From the NCBI GenBank assembly GCA_043819555.1, contig JBDREQ010000068.1:1-34283 (forward strand): DNA of 34,283 bases, given 5' to 3'. Shown here one piece after another: positions 1-8,420 of the stretch (positions within the stretch are counted from its first letter, which is position 1; each line of letters begins with the position of its first letter). Under the pieces are notes generated by a model. The model did not search any database. It had not been told where the DNA came from and worked only from the letters and a program-made list of their open reading frames with translations. The DNA is from Candidatus Zixiibacteriota bacterium. GTDB lineage: Bacteria > Zixibacteria > MSB-5A5 > GN15 > JAAZOE01. A program made the position numbers and the translations under genes.

Positions 1-137
1 AGTTGATGCGATTTGCCTGATCGAGCAGCCCGAGGCTGATAATCTGGAAATCTCACACCGCTCTTCAAGGTTAAATTGTTTGTATCTATGTCCCATAACA
101 CCTCTACGAGGTGTTGCACTTCGTTTGTGAACTTAGG
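1..137 (-). mobile_element. IS30-family insertion sequence, left end (IRL plus transposase 5' end), truncated by window edge
   Basis: 1..137 is the exact reverse complement of 34145..34281. The end reads CCTAAGTTCACAAACGAAGTGCAACACC, and the GAAGTGCAACACC core resembles IS30-family (IS1086-like) IRs. ATG at 96 (-) gives MGHRYKQFNLEERCEISRLSASGCSIRQIAST, typical of the IS30 transposase N-terminal HTH. Confidence 0.85.
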
Positions 138-213
138 CGATAGCGAAACGCAAGCTGGAATCAATACAGCGCATGGAGAATTGATGAATTTTTCACATAT
201 TGATCATTCTGCA

Positions 214-265
214 TGGATTCCCGACTCGCTTCGCCCCCTATGGGGCTGCGCTCTCGGGAATGACA
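214..265 (-). repeat. REP-like palindromic repeat, GTCATTCCCG...CGGGAATCCA family
   Basis: The reverse complement shares its first 17 nt (TGTCATTCCCGAGAGCG) and last 23 nt (GGGCGAAGCGAGTCGGGAATCCA) with 34070..34118. Only the central hairpin differs. Confidence 0.8.
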
Positions 266-341
266 CAGGCGAAAGCCTGTTTTTGGCTGTCGCGTTGTCT
301 ATCTAAAGAATGTAGAATGAATAAAACCGGATGGCCGCCAC

Positions 342-1247
342 TCATCCTCTAATGATCATATTGACAATATCTTTGCGGAGGAGGATGCCGACCAGTTTTT
401 TATCTTTGACCACGAATACCCGGCGGAGATCTTTGAAAAGCATCATCGCCGCTACTTCAACAATTTTTGCATTCCCTGTGACAACTTCATGATCTTTGAC
501 ATAAAGTTGCTCGACTTTGATTTTATCTTCTTTTTTGAGGAGTTCCTCAAACGGTTCGACATCAAGCGAGTAATTTAGATTGGATATAAGCGATTTAAAA
601 TCAGGCAATGCCGCCTGAATAAGTTCCTTGTCAGTTATCACGCCCAAGAGATTATTATCATCATCGACAACAGCCAGAGCGGAGAGGCGGTGGCGGAACA
701 TCAGATTGGCCACATCTTTCAAGGTATTTTCGGGTTTGATAGTGATGATATTGTGATGCATGATATCTTTAGCGGTCAGTTCTTTTTCGACCCTGACTGA
801 AGATTCCCAGACAGCATCGATGACTCCGCCCGGTGAAGTGGCTTTGACGATTTGCGCTATATTCTCCTGATTGCGGGCAAAAGCGGCAAAAGCAGAAAGC
901 GTTTGGAGATATAGTTTGGCGATGTTGGATGGTGTCAGCATCAGGCAGACGACATGAACCGGCTTGCCGTCGGGCGTTTTCTCGATGATGCCTTTGGGCG
1001 AGACCCCGACGGCGATGTACATGTTGTCGACTTCATCAGTCCGGGCATGCGGGAAGGCAATGCCCCGGCCGTAAGACGTATTTTCAATCTCTTCCCGTTC
1101 GAGAATTGATTTCAGGATGGCATTGTAATTATTACGGGGATATTTGGCCTTAATTTTATCAAGGAGTTCTAAAATGGCATCATCTTTCGTTGTTGCCGAT
1201 AGTTTATGCGTAACCAGTTCTTCATCAAGTAAATTAGCCAGACGCAT
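342..1247 (-). CDS. PTS EIIA (Ntr/Fru-type) domain fused to a CBS domain pair
   Basis: EREE..NTSYGRGIAFPHAR carries the EIIA phospho-His. The C-terminal half has two CBS motifs (TAKDIM..LAVVDDDNNLLGVITDKEL; VFVVKDKKLVGILLRKDI). Start moved to ATG 1247 behind a GAGGA SD. Confidence 0.85.
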   Translation of the reverse strand: MRLANLLDEELVTHKLSATTKDDAILELLDKIKAKYPRNNYNAILKSILEREEIENTSYGRGIAFPHARTDEVDNMYIAVGVSPKGIIEKTPDGKPVHVVCLMLTPSNIAKLYLQTLSAFAAFARNQENIAQIVKATSPGGVIDAVWESSVRVEKELTAKDIMHHNIITIKPENTLKDVANLMFRHRLSALAVVDDDNNLLGVITDKELIQAALPDFKSLISNLNYSLDVEPFEELLKKEDKIKVEQLYVKDHEVVTGNAKIVEVAAMMLFKDLRRVFVVKDKKLVGILLRKDIVNMIIRG

Positions 1248-1890
1248 TGAGATCCTCATCGATTTTGGGATTATCTTCCATGTTAATCTCCGGCGGCGCG
1301 ACGATGCCGCCCGATACCAGTATTTTCATCGCTTCTTCCACACTCATATCGGTTCGGTGTATATCATGCTCCGGTACAAAGACAACCAGCCCGGTAAACG
1401 GGGTCGGCGTAGAAGGGACAAACACGAGCCTCACTTCTTCGCCGCGATTATTGGTTTTAATCTCACTTTTCCCCGCCAGTAACCCGATGACATACATCCC
1501 GCGCCGGGGATATTCGATAAGGGCGACTTCCGAAAAAGCCCGAACCCGGGACGAAAGCATTGATTGCGCCAGTTGTTTGGCCGCCGTATATACGATTCGA
1601 ACCAACGGCGTCCGAACCAGAAAGCGATCGCTCCAATAAAATAGCTTTGCTCCAATATAATTGGTGGCAATGATTCCTGCCAATAGAATTATCAGGATTG
1701 TAACAACGGCGCCCAGGCCGGGTATATTATAGCCAAGCATATCGCGCATGAGGGGATTTAATAGGCCGTCGAGGGCATTGAACAGAAACCTGAGGACAAA
1801 ATAGGTAACAATCAGCGGAACGACGACCAATAGACCGGATAAGAACCGCTTTTTTAACAACGGAATTATTTTACTTAATATTATCGGCAT
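1234..1890 (-). CDS. DUF502 family membrane protein
   Basis: FLSGLLVVVPLIVT, IPGLG, PLVRIVY, IEYPRRGMY, VFVPSTPTPFTG and MSVEEAMKILVSGG match the DUF502 pattern. Overlaps the start of the next gene. Confidence 0.85.
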   Translation of the reverse strand: MPIILSKIIPLLKKRFLSGLLVVVPLIVTYFVLRFLFNALDGLLNPLMRDMLGYNIPGLGAVVTILIILLAGIIATNYIGAKLFYWSDRFLVRTPLVRIVYTAAKQLAQSMLSSRVRAFSEVALIEYPRRGMYVIGLLAGKSEIKTNNRGEEVRLVFVPSTPTPFTGLVVFVPEHDIHRTDMSVEEAMKILVSGGIVAPPEINMEDNPKIDEDLNASG

Positions 1891-1931
1891 AAGCTTTCCC
1901 TGATATATTCATCGGCATAGAAAAGCGGTTC

Positions 1932-1960
1932 TAAATACAAAATCGAACGGTGAATGTCAA
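1932..1960 (-). promoter_or_regulatory. Putative sigma70 promoter for DUF502/EIIA-CBS
   Basis: Minus strand TTGACA-17 nt-TATTTA in the nuoN/DUF502 gap. Confidence 0.5.
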
Positions 1961-1976
1961 GAAGAGCCAAAGGTTT

Positions 1977-3443
1977 TTAAAAAGCAAAGCCAATCGCCGC
2001 GTTATAGGCCAATTCCAAAACCGATTGCGGAAGAATCCCGAATATCAATACGCCGATTCCGGCAATCGTCAGAACTAACCCGGCCGGGAATGACGGCACG
2101 ACTCGATAAGGGCTTTTTTCGGGAGTCAGATACATAAGCCGGATGACGTTCGCATAATAATAAAGCGAGATGACTGATGTCAATAAGGCCAAAATAACCA
2201 GCCATCTGAAGCCAGCTTCAATAGCGGCGGCAAAGACATAATATTTCGCCAAAAATCCTGCCAGCGGCGGAATACCGGCCAGCGACAGAAGGAATGCCGC
2301 CATAAGAGCTGAAACCATCGGCGAGGATTGAGACAAACCCGCGAAGTCTTTGATTTTTTCCGAACCGGTTTTCTCGGCAAATAAACCGGCAACGGCAAAA
2401 GCGCCCATGTTGGCAAACATATATGCGAACATATAAAAGCTGACCGAAGCCACGCCCATTTTAGTCGCGGCGACGACGCCGACGAGGATATACCCGGCCT
2501 GCGCGATTGACGAATAAGCCAGCATCCGCTTGATGCTGGTCTGGCGAATGGCAATAACATTTCCGACAATCATCGTGATCGCGGCCAAAACCGCCATCAT
2601 ATTTCCCCAGTCGCGGGGAGCCATCATATCGGAGGCAAAAGCGATCAGCATGCCGTCGAATATCCTGACGATTGCTGCTAGCCCGGCGGCTTTGGAGCCG
2701 ACTGATAAAAAGGCTGTAATCGGCGTTGGCGCGCCTTCGTAAACGTCCGGCGCCCACATATGAAACGGAACAATCGCCAGTTTGAATGTCAGTCCGGCCA
2801 TAATCATCATCAAAGCAATAGTGAACGCCGGGCCTATCATACCGTGCGACAGCCAGTAAATAGAAAGATTAATCGTAATCTGAATCAAATAAGTTGTTCC
2901 GGCCAAACCGTAAATTATTGACAATCCGTAGAGTAAGATAGCCGAAGAGGCGGCGCCGATAATCAAATATTTCAAACCCGCTTCAGCTGAAGCTTTCTTG
3001 GTCTTCTGGTAGGCCGCCAGAACAAAGAGAGGAATTGTCGTAAGTTCCAGTCCAATATAGAGCATGATTAATTCTTTGGCGGAAGCCAAAAACATCATCC
3101 CGACGGTTGAGAAAAGAATCAGAGAGAAAAATTCACCGCGATGATGAGACATTCTTTCAACAATGCCAAATGATGACCCAATGGCCATGAATGCTGAACC
3201 GAGGAAGATAATTTTGAAAAAAACCGCGAAGCCGTCGGAAACGAACATTCCATTCCAGAGATTACCGCCCTGAAATTTATAAACCAATGCTCCGGCAATG
3301 GCCAGAGCCACCATGCTGGTATAGGCCGGGACCGCAACCGAACGTTTTTTCGAAAACAGGTCGAGGAGTAAAACTGCCAGAGCCATAACAAATAAAAACA
3401 GCTCGGGTATCATCGGCGTAATATCTGGAAAATCTGCATTCAT
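1977..3443 (-). CDS. nuoN: NADH-quinone oxidoreductase subunit N
   Basis: Hydrophobic 488 aa protein with LYIGLEL, AEAGLKYLIIGA, FKLAIVPFHMWAPDVYEGAPTP and KRMLAYSSIAQAGY. Last gene of the nuo run. Confidence 0.95.
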   Translation of the reverse strand: MNADFPDITPMIPELFLFVMALAVLLLDLFSKKRSVAVPAYTSMVALAIAGALVYKFQGGNLWNGMFVSDGFAVFFKIIFLGSAFMAIGSSFGIVERMSHHRGEFFSLILFSTVGMMFLASAKELIMLYIGLELTTIPLFVLAAYQKTKKASAEAGLKYLIIGAASSAILLYGLSIIYGLAGTTYLIQITINLSIYWLSHGMIGPAFTIALMMIMAGLTFKLAIVPFHMWAPDVYEGAPTPITAFLSVGSKAAGLAAIVRIFDGMLIAFASDMMAPRDWGNMMAVLAAITMIVGNVIAIRQTSIKRMLAYSSIAQAGYILVGVVAATKMGVASVSFYMFAYMFANMGAFAVAGLFAEKTGSEKIKDFAGLSQSSPMVSALMAAFLLSLAGIPPLAGFLAKYYVFAAAIEAGFRWLVILALLTSVISLYYYANVIRLMYLTPEKSPYRVVPSFPAGLVLTIAGIGVLIFGILPQSVLELAYNAAIGFAF

Positions 3444-3444
3444 C

Positions 3445-4929
3445 TTAACGCGCCATCAGGGTTACAATGTTTTCCAAAGTGGCCTTCATCAAATTTACTA
3501 AAGGAGCCGGATAAATACCAATGGCCAGTGTCAGCACAGCCAGAGGCGCGACACAGAGAACTTCACGGACGTTGATTTCGGTCAAATGACCCCATTTAGC
3601 CTGGTCAAATTCTCCCAGAAACACCCGCTGGACCATGCGCAGGATATAGGCAGCGGTTAAAACAACGCCCAAAATCGCGATTCCGACTATTACGGGATAG
3701 CTTGGGAATGTTCCGATAAAGACCATATACTCAGATATAAATCCGGACATGCCCGGTAGTCCCAACGAAGCCATCGCGAACATAACCATAATACCGGAGT
3801 AAACCGGAAGTTTTTTTCCAATGCCGCCGAAGGCCGCTATTTCACGCGTGTGCGCCCGGTCATACAATACGCCGACGAGCAAGAAGAGGGCGCCGGTAAT
3901 CAGTCCGTGTGATATCATCTGGAACATGCATCCGGCCATCGCCGTAACTGATGTATAGGCCGCCAGTGAAAGCATGCAATAGCCCATATGTGAAACCGAT
4001 GAATAGGCGACCAGTTTTTTCAAATCTTTTTGCGCCATCGATACCAATGCGCCATAAATGATGGCGATCACTCCCAGAATCGCGATCGGTATAGCGAAAT
4101 ATCGTATCCCCTCGGGAAGCATCGGCCACGAAATCCGAAGCATGCCATAGGTTCCCATTTTCAAGAGAACCGCCGCAAGAATAATCGATATCGCCGTCGG
4201 GGCTTCGACGTGCGCGTCAGGTAACCAGGTATGGAATGGCCAAACGGGTACCTTGATCGCGAAAGCGATGAAGAAGAAGGCAAAGGTCAGAAGCTGTATT
4301 CCGTGCGGGAAGCTCGGGCCAATCTTGGTCATTTCGAGCATATTCAGCGTATGAGGTTCGGAAGTGAAGTACAAGACCAGAATCGCCACCAGCATAAAAA
4401 TCGAGCCGAACAGCGTATAAAGAAAGAACTTGATGGCGGCGTATTCACGCCGGGGACCGCCCCAAACCCCGATCAGGAAGTACATCGGAACCAGCATGAT
4501 TTCCCAAAAAACATAAAAGAGGAAGAAATCAAGAGCCGCGAAAACTCCCAGCATCCCGCATTCTAAAAGCAGAAAGAAAAAGAAATATTCTTTGACCCGC
4601 TTGGTGATATTAAAACTGATGACAATCGATATTAGCGATAGTAAACTTGTTAAAAGAAGCATCGGGACGGAAATACCATCCACTCCTAATAAATAATTGG
4701 AATTTATCGCGGGAATCCACGTGTGAGATTCCATAAATTGCATCTGGCTGGTAGTCCAGTCAAAATCGCGGAGGATAAAGAGCGTCAGGACGAAGGTGAT
4801 AAAAGCAAAAAAAGTCGAAACCCATCTGATAATATTATGCTTTTCCTTATCCAGAAACAAAAGCACAATCGCGCCCAAAAGCGGAATTAAGATGGTATAT
4901 GTTAAAATCGGATAACTACTATAACTCAT
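3445..4929 (-). CDS. nuoM: NADH-quinone oxidoreductase subunit M
   Basis: LGVDGIS, FYVFWEIMLVPMYFLIGVWGG, KVPVWPFHTWLPDAHVEAPT, LLKMGTYG and KKLVAYSSVSHMG. Confidence 0.95.
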   Translation of the reverse strand: MSYSSYPILTYTILIPLLGAIVLLFLDKEKHNIIRWVSTFFAFITFVLTLFILRDFDWTTSQMQFMESHTWIPAINSNYLLGVDGISVPMLLLTSLLSLISIVISFNITKRVKEYFFFFLLLECGMLGVFAALDFFLFYVFWEIMLVPMYFLIGVWGGPRREYAAIKFFLYTLFGSIFMLVAILVLYFTSEPHTLNMLEMTKIGPSFPHGIQLLTFAFFFIAFAIKVPVWPFHTWLPDAHVEAPTAISIILAAVLLKMGTYGMLRISWPMLPEGIRYFAIPIAILGVIAIIYGALVSMAQKDLKKLVAYSSVSHMGYCMLSLAAYTSVTAMAGCMFQMISHGLITGALFLLVGVLYDRAHTREIAAFGGIGKKLPVYSGIMVMFAMASLGLPGMSGFISEYMVFIGTFPSYPVIVGIAILGVVLTAAYILRMVQRVFLGEFDQAKWGHLTEINVREVLCVAPLAVLTLAIGIYPAPLVNLMKATLENIVTLMAR

Positions 4930-4936
4930 TTTGGTT

Positions 4937-6928
4937 TTATCCTCCCAATAGGTCTTCTACTATGCCGAGATGTATAAGAGCCTGATTAAGCAAATCAGTG
5001 GCAGACAAAAGCGCTATCAATATTAGTCCAAAAACAACGGCCAACAGATAGTGGGCCAGCCGTCCGGTTTGTATGCGGCGTAATGCCGCCGAGAACAGGT
5101 CGGTAATAATACCGAGGCCATTGACAATGCCGTCAACAATATTGACATCGAACCACATTTTTGCATCCGACAGCCAGATCGTAATGGTGGCCTGTAGATT
5201 AACCAAACCGTCGATGATTCCGGAATCGAATCTCCAGAGATTTTTCGCCACCCAGTAACACGGCTGGACTATTACGGCATCGTAAAATTCATCTATGTAA
5301 TACTTGTTATAAAGAATTCTGTAAGCGAAACCAAACCGCCGCGCCATGGCATCCGGTGAAATTTTGCCTTTGTAATACATCAGGTAGGCCAGAATGATTC
5401 CCGATGAGGCGATTATGATTGAAAGTATCATCGGCAGCCAGTGAACGCTGGTAACATGCGGGTGCTCTCCGGCGCCGTAGATTACCCAGGCAAATCCTTT
5501 AATTCCTGGAATGCCGACCCATCCGGCGCAGACGGACATAACAGCCAGGAAAATAAGCGGATAAGTCATTGATTTGGGTGATTCATGAGCGTGGTCATAT
5601 TTCTCCTGATCACGCGGTTTGCCGGTGAATGTCAGGAAGAACAGGCGGAACATATAGAAGGCGGTCATGAAAGCAACCATCAGCGCGACTACGGTAAAGA
5701 CCGGATGGCCCAGAGTCGAGGCGATAATTTCATCCTTTGACCAGAACCCGGCCAGAGGGGGAATTCCCGCGATAGCCAAACAGGCAATCAGGAATGTCAT
5801 TGCCGTCGTTTTCATTTTACCCAGCAGGCCGCCCATTTGTTGAATATCGTTAGTGTGAACGGCATGAATAACCGAACCAGCGCCTAGGAATAACAAGGCT
5901 TTGAAAAAGGCGTGCGTCATCAGATGGAATGAACCGGCAACAAAATGTGTCAGACCCAAAGCCATAATCATGTAGCCGAGTTGAGATAATGTCGAAAAGG
6001 CCAAAACCCGTTTAATATCGTTTTGAACCAAAGCAATGCTGGCGGCAAATAAAGCTGTAAACAGCCCAATCCAGGCAACGACTTCGGCCGCGGCCGGAGC
6101 GGCAATGTAGATAGTCATTGTCTTGGCGACAAGATAAACACCGGCGGCTACCATCGTGGCCGCATGGATTAAAGCCGATACCGGAGTCGGGCCTTCCATA
6201 GCGTCGGGAAGCCAGACATGAAGCGGGAATTGGGCCGATTTTCCGACCGCTCCGCAGAAAACACATATTCCGATAGCTGTCAAAGCCCCGGTAGGAATGC
6301 CTCCGGCGGCGACAACTTCAAAAACTTCTTTATAGTTGAACGAGCCGATGTAATAATACATCAGCATCAGGCCCAGCAGGAATCCTAAATCACCGACTTT
6401 GGTAGTGATAAATGCTTTTTTGCCCGCGTCGGACGCCGATTTTTTCTCGAACCAGAATCCGATCAAAAGATATGATGTCAGTCCGACCAATTCCCAGAAA
6501 ATAAAAATGAGGAAGAAGTTGTTAGCCAGTACCAGTCCCAGCATCGAAAAGGTAAACAGCGACAAGTAAGCGAAATATCTCGAAAACCTTGGGTCGCCAT
6601 GCATATATCCAAGTGAATATATCTGAACCATCAATGACACGGTTGTAACGACAACCAGCATCATGGCCGCGACAGGATCAATCAGGAAACCGAGCTCAAG
6701 ACGGAAAGCCGGCAGAGTGACAATATCGAGTGCCCGCTCAAGCCGAAAGGCTTCATGCCCGGCATGCATGATTACCTGAGCCATAACATAGATCGACATC
6801 AGCCATCCCAGACCGATAGCTCCGATTGAGATACCGGCCGAAAGATTTTCTTTCCAGCGCGTGAAAAAGACGATGATCACAAAAGCGAATAGAGGCAGCA
6901 GACCAATTATGTAGGCATTATCCAGCAT
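4937..6928 (-). CDS. nuoL: NADH-quinone oxidoreductase subunit L (elongated lateral helix)
   Basis: YSLGYM, FWELVGLTSYLLIGFW, GKSAQFPLHVWLPDAMEGPTPVSALIHAATMV, FHLMTHAFFKALLFL and C-terminal IQTG. Confidence 0.95.
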   Translation of the reverse strand: MLDNAYIIGLLPLFAFVIIVFFTRWKENLSAGISIGAIGLGWLMSIYVMAQVIMHAGHEAFRLERALDIVTLPAFRLELGFLIDPVAAMMLVVVTTVSLMVQIYSLGYMHGDPRFSRYFAYLSLFTFSMLGLVLANNFFLIFIFWELVGLTSYLLIGFWFEKKSASDAGKKAFITTKVGDLGFLLGLMLMYYYIGSFNYKEVFEVVAAGGIPTGALTAIGICVFCGAVGKSAQFPLHVWLPDAMEGPTPVSALIHAATMVAAGVYLVAKTMTIYIAAPAAAEVVAWIGLFTALFAASIALVQNDIKRVLAFSTLSQLGYMIMALGLTHFVAGSFHLMTHAFFKALLFLGAGSVIHAVHTNDIQQMGGLLGKMKTTAMTFLIACLAIAGIPPLAGFWSKDEIIASTLGHPVFTVVALMVAFMTAFYMFRLFFLTFTGKPRDQEKYDHAHESPKSMTYPLIFLAVMSVCAGWVGIPGIKGFAWVIYGAGEHPHVTSVHWLPMILSIIIASSGIILAYLMYYKGKISPDAMARRFGFAYRILYNKYYIDEFYDAVIVQPCYWVAKNLWRFDSGIIDGLVNLQATITIWLSDAKMWFDVNIVDGIVNGLGIITDLFSAALRRIQTGRLAHYLLAVVFGLILIALLSATDLLNQALIHLGIVEDLLGG

Positions 6929-6929
6929 A

Positions 6930-7244
6930 TTACCACTTCATTAAGTTTACCCGGTCGGCGTCGATACTATGCCATCTCCGGTATATGAGAATTACAATGG
7001 CCAGTCCCACGGTTGCTTCCGCGGCGGCGACAACGACGACAAAGATCGCGAAAATCTGGCCGGTTAATTCGCTCAGGCTGGTGTAGCGATTGAACACCAC
7101 CAGATTTATATTGACGGCATTAAACATCAATTCCAGAGACATCAAAATCGCGATGGCATTACGCCGAGTTAAAATTCCAAATAAGCCAATGGAAAAAAGA
7201 ACGGCGGCCAGGAAGAGAAACATATAAAACATTTGACCGGTCAT
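6930..7244 (-). CDS. nuoK: NADH-quinone oxidoreductase subunit K
   Basis: RRNAIAILMSLELMFNAVN, GQIFAIF and AAAEATVGLAI. Confidence 0.95.
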   Translation of the reverse strand: MTGQMFYMFLFLAAVLFSIGLFGILTRRNAIAILMSLELMFNAVNINLVVFNRYTSLSELTGQIFAIFVVVVAAAEATVGLAIVILIYRRWHSIDADRVNLMKW

Positions 7245-7245
7245 T

Positions 7246-7758
7246 TTAGCTTTCCTCCCGCCTCGCGATTACGATCGCGCCAATTAGAGCGGCCAGCAAA
7301 AGCACCGATACCAACTCGAACGGAAGAACAAAATCGGTCATCAGAAGAGTTCCGATGGCATGAGTGTTATTGGCCGGCAACATACCTGTCGCTGGTCGGA
7401 AATATGTTCCCTCTGTGATTCCGGGAACCCCCAAATATGAGCCAACCATCGTCACTAAGAAAATTAGCGAGAGAAATCCGCCGATGAACTGTTGTTCATT
7501 GGAAATATCCGTTTCGCGTCCGGCCAGCCGGGAAGTAAGCATGATCGCGAATATCATCAGGATAGCCACCGCACCGACATAGAGGAGAACCTGAACAACC
7601 GCCAAAAATTCGGCATTGAGCATGACATATAAACCGGCAATGCAAAAGAGGCAAAATATCAGAGCCAGGGCGCAGTGGAAAATATTACGCATCGTCACGA
7701 CGGCCAGCGCCGAGGCGATGATGCAAATACTTAAAATCACAAATACGACCGGATCCAT
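7246..7758 (-). CDS. nuoJ: NADH-quinone oxidoreductase subunit J
   Basis: LNAEFLAVVQVLLYVGAVAILMIFAIML and LPFELVSVLLLAALIGAI. Confidence 0.95.
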   Translation of the reverse strand: MDPVVFVILSICIIASALAVVTMRNIFHCALALIFCLFCIAGLYVMLNAEFLAVVQVLLYVGAVAILMIFAIMLTSRLAGRETDISNEQQFIGGFLSLIFLVTMVGSYLGVPGITEGTYFRPATGMLPANNTHAIGTLLMTDFVLPFELVSVLLLAALIGAIVIARREES

Positions 7759-7760
7759 AA

Positions 7761-8420
7761 TTACTCCTCTTTCTTCTCCGGCGGATTATCGGTTTCAGTT
7801 TTTTCAGTCTCAGGAGCAGGTTCGGATTTAGGCGTTTCCTTTTCAGGCGCAGTTTCGACCGGTTTTGATTCGGCATCAGGAATTGATTTTTCTTCAGGTT
7901 CCACTTCGGCTTTGGATTCCCCGGGCTTGGCGGCCGGTTTGGGTTCCGGTTTTTTCTTCCTTACCGGTTTTTCATATGGGACATCGATCCCCTGCTCGGC
8001 CAACTTCTTCATATCATATCTTAAAAGGCCGCCTTCATATTCCGGAAATTCATATTTGGTCGAGAGTTTTATTCCGGCAAAATTACAGGTGTCTTCGCAC
8101 AATCCACAGAAACAGCACAGGTTGAAATCAACGGAAAAGTCATTCAATTGGCGTTTATTTTTTTCATCTTTATATGAATCAATTTCAATCGCTCCGCTGG
8201 GACAGGCGCGCATACATAAAAGGCAGGCGGTACAGTTTAGTTTGCCGGTTTCGAGGTCTGTCAATAGAACAACCATTCCCCGCGACCGTTCCGGAACTTC
8301 CCATCGTTCTTTAGGGTACTGGATAGTTATGGCATGGCGTCCCAGATGCTTACTGGTGGTGAACATCCCTAATATCAGGTTGTATATTCCCGATGTAAAT
8401 TGTTTTACCAGCTCAACCAT
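7761..8420 (-). CDS. nuoI: NADH-quinone oxidoreductase subunit I with P/E/K-rich C-terminal tail
   Basis: TIQYP..R.RG and two 4Fe-4S motifs (CTACLLCMRACP, CCFCGLCEDTC). Lies between nuoH and nuoJ. Confidence 0.93.
   Translation of the reverse strand: MVELVKQFTSGIYNLILGMFTTSKHLGRHAITIQYPKERWEVPERSRGMVVLLTDLETGKLNCTACLLCMRACPSGAIEIDSYKDEKNKRQLNDFSVDFNLCCFCGLCEDTCNFAGIKLSTKYEFPEYEGGLLRYDMKKLAEQGIDVPYEKPVRKKKPEPKPAAKPGESKAEVEPEEKSIPDAESKPVETAPEKETPKSEPAPETEKTETDNPPEKKEE

Noticed and set aside
1..137. Terminal inverted repeats of a linear plasmid, phage or giant transposon
   Set aside because: The repeat encodes the start of an outward-reading IS30-type transposase and the interior is ordinary chromosomal content. 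An assembly break at IS copies is simpler.
76..306. 76-aa ORF on the + strand
   Set aside because: It runs antisense through the IS end and a palindromic repeat, with no SD or protein-like features.
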